A stretch of DNA of 39,837 bases from Candidatus Binatia bacterium (GTDB lineage Bacteria; Desulfobacterota; Binatia; UBA9968). Under the pieces are notes generated by a model. It saw only the letters and a program-made list of their open reading frames with translations, was not told the DNA's origin and did not search any database. Positions 35,083 through 39,837 of the stretch are shown piece after piece. Each line of letters opens with the position of its first letter. Positions within the stretch are counted from its first letter, which is position 1. The stretch covers positions 1-39,837 of the forward strand of contig JAICEJ010000002.1 in NCBI GenBank assembly GCA_025924215.1. Reading direction: 5' to 3'. Made by a program: the position numbers and the translations under genes.

Positions 35083-36477
35083 ATTATTCAGTTCGTCTTT
35101 TGCAGTCTGCCCACGTGCAGAGTTCTCGCCGAGAATCTTGATCGCCTTTTCAAGATCGGCCATCGCCCGCTCGTCCTCGTCCTGCAACAATAAGGACCGA
35201 GCCCTATAGTAGTAGGCATCTCCAAGCCGGTCGAGATTTCCATAGATGGTGCCAAGCCGGGCAGGCGGTTTATCCCAGAGTGGCGAAAGCTGCTGAGCAT
35301 TGAGATACGCGCCAGCCGCGGCGCGTAAGTCGTTCTCTTTTTCGAGTAATTCTCCGAGATAGAAGTAATTCAGCGGTTCCTTGGGTTCCATGCTGGAGGC
35401 CTTATCCAGCATAGCGCGGGCTGCGCCGAAGTCGCCCGAGTCGGTATATAGCCGGCCGAGGTCACGGTACAAACCTGCATCTTCCTGATTGAGTTTCAGC
35501 GCCTTCTCATAATTCGCTTTTGCTTGTGACATCTGGCCTTTATGATGCTGTGCCAGCGCTAGAAGATGAAACGCGGCGATGTCGGCAGGCGTTTGCGCGA
35601 CCAGTTTTTGAAATTCGTCGATTACTTTATCGGTCTCCTGCCGCGCCAAGCGAATAAGCACCTGGATTTTTTTAAGCTGATCAAAACCTTCGGATTTGCT
35701 TTGAACATCGCCGAGGGAGCGAATGACCAGTTGAACGTTGGCGACCCGCTCCTGAGTTATCGGATGAGTCATCATATAGGTCGGCACGTCTATCGGGTTT
35801 AAGGATCGCTCCTGATCCAGCGTCTTGAGAAATCCAAGCGAACCGGCAGGGTCATAGCCTGCCGCCGTCATGTAACGTACTCCTAACGTATCGGCTTCCA
35901 TCTCCAATTGGCGGCTATAGGCGATTTGACGAGTAGCAGAAACCGCTTGGCCAACGACGCCCGCTGCCTGTGCCCCAGCGCCGCTACGAGCCAACAGAAG
36001 CATTCCCACCAAACTCAAAAGTGAAATCGCGTCCGGACCGGACTGGCGCGCCATATGACGTCCTTTGATGTGAACTATTTCATGCCCCATGACTCCGGCG
36101 ATTTCAGAAGTGCTTTTCGCCCGTTCGATAAGGCCAGAGTAAAAGAAGACCGAACCGCCGGGCACTGCAAACGCATTTAACTGCGGATCTGCGATGACAA
36201 AGAACCGATAGTCGAATGGTTGCGGACCCATCGCTGACAGAATCCGTTGACCGATGCGTTCGATATACCGTTCGATCTCCGGATTGTTTATGTAGGTAAA
36301 GTGCTTTTTTGCCTCCCGGCGAAACTCGCGACTGATTCGTGTTTCCTCGTCTTCACCGGGCGGGCTGACACTCGGAAGCGGTGACCGGTAAGAAGCGCAA
36401 CCTGTTATGAGGAGGCAAGTCACCAACAGCCAGGACCATAGCTTCTGGCATCCACCGGACTTGCAGGTTTGAATCAC
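35062..36477 (-). CDS. M48-family zinc metalloprotease with C-terminal TPR repeats (BepA/YfgC-like), probable lipoprotein
   Basis: Lipobox LLITGC, HExxH in VMGHEIVHIKGRH and a downstream ME-ADTLG. The C-terminal ~200 aa contain TPR-like repeats (A..Y..AL..). Confidence 0.88.
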   Translation of the reverse strand: MIQTCKSGGCQKLWSWLLVTCLLITGCASYRSPLPSVSPPGEDEETRISREFRREAKKHFTYINNPEIERYIERIGQRILSAMGPQPFDYRFFVIADPQLNAFAVPGGSVFFYSGLIERAKSTSEIAGVMGHEIVHIKGRHMARQSGPDAISLLSLVGMLLLARSGAGAQAAGVVGQAVSATRQIAYSRQLEMEADTLGVRYMTAAGYDPAGSLGFLKTLDQERSLNPIDVPTYMMTHPITQERVANVQLVIRSLGDVQSKSEGFDQLKKIQVLIRLARQETDKVIDEFQKLVAQTPADIAAFHLLALAQHHKGQMSQAKANYEKALKLNQEDAGLYRDLGRLYTDSGDFGAARAMLDKASSMEPKEPLNYFYLGELLEKENDLRAAAGAYLNAQQLSPLWDKPPARLGTIYGNLDRLGDAYYYRARSLLLQDEDERAMADLEKAIKILGENSARGQTAKDELNNLRARRR

Positions 36478-36538
36478 TCAAAGATTATAGTGAGGCGCCG
36501 GAACCGGTTCAACCGCTTCTCCAGCAAGCGCTGAGCAG

Positions 36539-36567
36539 TTGACGCTTTCTCATGGACCCCATATTCT
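36539..36567 (+). promoter_or_regulatory. promoter candidate: TTGACG, 17-nt spacer, TATTCT
   Basis: Read directly from the sequence. It lies 28 nt upstream of the ATG at 36595, which has GAGG 6 nt upstream. Confidence 0.35.
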
Positions 36568-36594
36568 GACGCGACCAACAACTCGAGGTATTTC

Positions 36595-39054
36595 ATGGCG
36601 CATAAATTTGAAGTTCCGCCAGACAAGCTGTCCTGGCGTTGCGATCTATCTTATCTGCCTTTCACGTGCACGGCGGAGATGACGCCGCTGGAGGACTTTA
36701 TCGGTCAGGATCGGGCGATTCGCGCGATCCAATTCGGCCTCGGCGTCAATAAACCCGGCTTCAATATTTTTGTTACCGGGCTAACCGGAACCGGAAAAAC
36801 CAGCATCATCAAAGCCTTTCTCAAGAAAGCAACCGTCGAGCGCGCTCCGGTTCAGGCTGATGCCGAATCGCCTGCGGACTGGTGCTATGTTTACAATTTT
36901 ATCGATCCGGATCGCCCGCAGTCTATCAAGATGCGTCGAGGCTGGGGAAGGGTCCTGAAATCCGACATGGAACAGCTGATTCAATTTCTGCAACATGAAG
37001 GCAGAAGAGTGTTTGAAGGGGACGAATTCGCACGTGATCGCCAGTCACTCGTGGAGGAGCTGCAGAGAAAGCAACAAGGCCTGATGGAGCCGTTGATGGC
37101 CGAGGCCGACAAAAACGGCTTCACGCTGCGGATGACCCCCTCGGGAGTCGCGCTGCTGCCGACTAAAGAAGGCAAACCGATGCAAGAGGCTGATTACCTC
37201 GCGTTGCCACCTGAACAGAAGAAAGCGCTGGAGGATAAGCGCTCTGAAATAGGCAAAAGCGTGGAAGAGACTTTGCGCGAAGGAAAGAAAGTAGAGCGTG
37301 AAATCAACCAAAGACTTGAAGAGCTGGAAAAAAAAGCTGGCGAATACCTGGTCGCCATCCCACTAGCGGAGTTGAGAGAAAAATATAGCGACAATCTAAA
37401 GCTGTTACGCTATTTCGATGGTGTGCGCGATCATATCTTGAACAGTCTACATCGCTTCAAGGCTGCCGAGCCTGATGCCGCCGCGGCACAGTTGCTGCCG
37501 GTGCAGATGGCGGAACCCGTAACCGACCCATTTCTTCCTTATCGGGTAAATGTCATCGTCGATAACAGCGACGTTCAAGGTCCGCCGATCATTGTCGAGA
37601 CCAATCCCAGCTATCACAATCTTTTTGGTGTGGTTGAGAAAAAGCCGGTGGTAGGCGGTTACATAACTGATTTTACGCTCATTAAAGCCGGCTCTATGAG
37701 CAAGGCGAACGGCGGCTATATCGTTCTTTACGATCGTGATGTCCTGGCCAACGCGGGTGTTTGGGAAGCACTATTGCGGGTGATAAAGAATCGGGAGCTG
37801 CGGATCGAAGAGCCGGCGGCGTTTTTCGGTTGGGCGCCGCCCCAGGGACTAAGGCCGGAACCGATCCCCACCGATACCAAAGTCATCGTTATCGGCGATC
37901 CTCACCTGTATCGCGCTTTGGCAAGCACCGATCCAGATTTCCGCGAGACGTTCAAAGTCAAAGCGGACTTTGACTTTCAAGTGGACCGTTCGCAACAAAA
38001 CATCACCGCGTTCGCTTGTTTTATCAGCGATTACTGCAGCCGCGAAGGCTTGCACCATTTCGATACCAGCGGAGTGGCGCGAGTGATCGAGCACTGCGCC
38101 AGGATGGTCGAAGATCAGGAAAAACTCTCGACCCGTTTTAGCGATATCGTTGACCTGTTGATTGAATCGGAATATTGGGCCGGCAGAGAGAAAGCGGAAC
38201 TGGTATCAGCCAAGCACGTCGAGCAAGCTATTCTCGAGAAGAGCTTCCGCTTGAACCTTTTGGAGAAACGCCTGCAGGAATTGATCACCGACGGAACGGT
38301 TCTGGTAGAGGTCGAGGGATCGGAGGTCGGACAAATCAATGGCTTGGCGGTCTACCAGATGGGTGATTTCAGTTTTGGCAAGCCGTCCCGCATCACCGCG
38401 AAGACTTACATGGGCCGGGGCGGGCTGGTCAATATCGAACGCGAAGCCAAGCTTAGCGGCAAAAGCCACGATAAAGGAGTTCTGATCCTGGGCGGCTATC
38501 TCGGCGGCAAGTATGCTCAGGAAAAACCCCTGTCGCTTTCGACGAGTATCTGCTTTGAGCAGTCTTACGATGGTGTTGACGGCGACAGCGCTTCTTCCAC
38601 CGAGCTTTATGCAATTCTCTCGAGTCTCTCGGGCGTACCGTTGAAACAAAATATCGCCGTCACCGGCTCAGTTAATCAAAACGGGGAAATTCAGGCGATC
38701 GGCGGCATCAATCGTAAGATCGAAGGTTTTTACGATCTCTGCCGGGTAAAAGGCTTGACCGGAGAGCAAGGCGTGCTCATGCCGACATCGAACTTGCGCA
38801 ATTTGATGTTGCGCCCCGATGTCGTCCAAGCAGTGGCAGAGGAAAAGTTTCACATCTACGCAGTGCAATCCATCGACCAGGGCATCGAGGTGCTGACCGA
38901 TGTTGTTGCCGGGACACGCAATACCGCAGGTAAGTTTCCAGCGGGATCGATCAACGCGTTGGTTGAACAAAAGCTGACGCAGTTTGCCGAGCGTCAGCGG
39001 CAGATCAACGCAGCGGAAGCTCGGCACGATCCTTCGCTGATGCCCGAAACCTAA
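36595..39054 (+). CDS. Lon-like protease (AAA-like domain with helical insertion plus Lon S16 proteolytic domain; LonC/COG1067-like)
   Basis: Walker A GLTGTGKTS. A charged coiled-coil insertion of about 150 aa (EELQRKQQ..EELEKKAGEY). The C-terminal S16 domain has VDGDSASSTELYAILSSLSGVPLKQNIAVTGSVNQNGEIQAIGGINRKIEGF (Ser and Lys dyad). Confidence 0.9.
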   Translation: MAHKFEVPPDKLSWRCDLSYLPFTCTAEMTPLEDFIGQDRAIRAIQFGLGVNKPGFNIFVTGLTGTGKTSIIKAFLKKATVERAPVQADAESPADWCYVYNFIDPDRPQSIKMRRGWGRVLKSDMEQLIQFLQHEGRRVFEGDEFARDRQSLVEELQRKQQGLMEPLMAEADKNGFTLRMTPSGVALLPTKEGKPMQEADYLALPPEQKKALEDKRSEIGKSVEETLREGKKVEREINQRLEELEKKAGEYLVAIPLAELREKYSDNLKLLRYFDGVRDHILNSLHRFKAAEPDAAAAQLLPVQMAEPVTDPFLPYRVNVIVDNSDVQGPPIIVETNPSYHNLFGVVEKKPVVGGYITDFTLIKAGSMSKANGGYIVLYDRDVLANAGVWEALLRVIKNRELRIEEPAAFFGWAPPQGLRPEPIPTDTKVIVIGDPHLYRALASTDPDFRETFKVKADFDFQVDRSQQNITAFACFISDYCSREGLHHFDTSGVARVIEHCARMVEDQEKLSTRFSDIVDLLIESEYWAGREKAELVSAKHVEQAILEKSFRLNLLEKRLQELITDGTVLVEVEGSEVGQINGLAVYQMGDFSFGKPSRITAKTYMGRGGLVNIEREAKLSGKSHDKGVLILGGYLGGKYAQEKPLSLSTSICFEQSYDGVDGDSASSTELYAILSSLSGVPLKQNIAVTGSVNQNGEIQAIGGINRKIEGFYDLCRVKGLTGEQGVLMPTSNLRNLMLRPDVVQAVAEEKFHIYAVQSIDQGIEVLTDVVAGTRNTAGKFPAGSINALVEQKLTQFAERQRQINAAEARHDPSLMPET

Positions 39055-39321
39055 GCGATCTGTTGATGGGTCAGCCCACCGTGATTGCTCGGACTAATAA
39101 AATCGCTCCGGTCACCGGCCGAAGTTCCGGCCTGGCACGTTGTTTGGCGAGTGGGTTTGCGCCAGGGATACTTGCGATCAATTCGGGTAAACTGAAAAGT
39201 AAGGAGCGGCAGCCGGAAGAAACTGGTGCTTCGGTTTGCCTTGTTTGCTCTAGAAAATTGATGAATAGGAAGGCAACCGGCAACAGCCAACCGCTATTAG
39301 CCTTCGCAACGGAGGAAAAAA

Positions 39322-39837
39322 ATGGATTTTGAATTAACGGATGAGTTAGTCGCGGTACGCGATCTGGCGCGGGAGTTCGCTGAAAAGGAAGTGGCGCCGA
39401 CAGCGGCCAAAGACGATCGAGAGCATGCTTTTAGAAGTGACCTGGTAAAGAAGATGGGCGAACTCGGATTTTACGGTAGCGTGATCCCGGAAAAATATGG
39501 CGGCAACGGCATGGGTTTTCTTGCGATGGTACTCATCACAGAAGAGATAGCCCGGGTTCATAGCGCCATGAGGGTTGCGATCAATATGCAAATCGGTCCG
39601 GCGCTCGCGTTGCTACAGTTCGCTAGCGAAGAGCAGAAGCAAGAATGGATTCCGCCCCTGGTGCTAGGCGACAGCATCGGTTGCTTCGCCATCACCGAAC
39701 CTGACGCCGGATCGGATGTGGCGGCAATGCGCACGACGGCGACACGGGATGGCGATCACTATGCGATTAACGGCACCAAACTCTGGATCTCGAACGGGCC
39801 TGTGGCCGATGGCGGTCTGCTCTACACCTATACCGAC
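39322..39837 (+). CDS. acyl-CoA dehydrogenase, N-terminal part (runs off the window)
   Basis: The ATG at 39322 has GGAGGA 5 nt upstream. The translation MDFELTDELVAVRDLAREFAEKEVAPTAAKDDRE..GCFAITEPDAGSDVAAMRTTA..INGTKLWISNG is a classic ACAD N-terminal and middle domain. It is absent from the ORF track because no stop lies within the window. Confidence 0.9.
   Translation, partial: MDFELTDELVAVRDLAREFAEKEVAPTAAKDDREHAFRSDLVKKMGELGFYGSVIPEKYGGNGMGFLAMVLITEEIARVHSAMRVAINMQIGPALALLQFASEEQKQEWIPPLVLGDSIGCFAITEPDAGSDVAAMRTTATRDGDHYAINGTKLWISNGPVADGGLLYTYTD

Noticed and set aside
36595-39054. Lon-like protease as a BREX BrxL-type defence component
   Set aside because: No PglX, PglZ, BrxA/B/C or other defence genes are nearby. 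The architecture (Walker A, coiled-coil insertion, S16 domain) fits housekeeping LonC/COG1067-type proteases better.

Overview
This is a densely coded chromosomal segment of about 39.8 kb from a Gram-negative-type bacterium whose lineage I cannot place. GC content looks moderate but was not computed. I can support about 37 CDS and found no rRNA, tRNA, CRISPR array, transposase or integrase. Recognisable genes include holA, polA, mltG, a MoxR ATPase, glgP, a PBP5-type DD-carboxypeptidase with a SPOR domain, a RibBA-architecture gene, a YchF-like GTPase, a BepA-like M48/TPR protease, a LonC-like protease and the 5' end of an acyl-CoA dehydrogenase.

The best candidate for an undescribed system is a MarR-flanked, tightly packed operon at about 5.9-12.1 kb. 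Its order is CCG-domain Fe-S protein, DeoD/Udp-type nucleoside phosphorylase, MtnA/eIF-2B-family isomerase, class II aldolase, then acyl-CoA ligase. The isomerase carries an extra degenerate copy of its own C-terminal domain, and the aldolase is fused to SCP2. The middle three genes match the known DHAP-shunt logic for salvaging 5'-deoxyadenosine or MTA. The fusions and the two flanking enzymes do not match any variant I know.

The second candidate is a pair of diverged paralogous small proteins of a family I do not recognise (29990..30448 and 34684..35082). They bracket a block of YchF-like GTPase, amidohydrolase and class II aldolase that has unusually long intergenic regions.

Smaller oddities:
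- a dihaem cytochrome c whose first haem motif is CXCH instead of CXXCH
- a RibBA whose GTP cyclohydrolase II half lacks all three zinc cysteines (RibBX-type)
- a stand-alone LeuA/CimA regulatory domain
- a MoxR ATPase without DUF58 or VWA partners
- a secreted PLD nuclease translationally coupled to holA

All family assignments come from reading motifs by eye; no searches were run.
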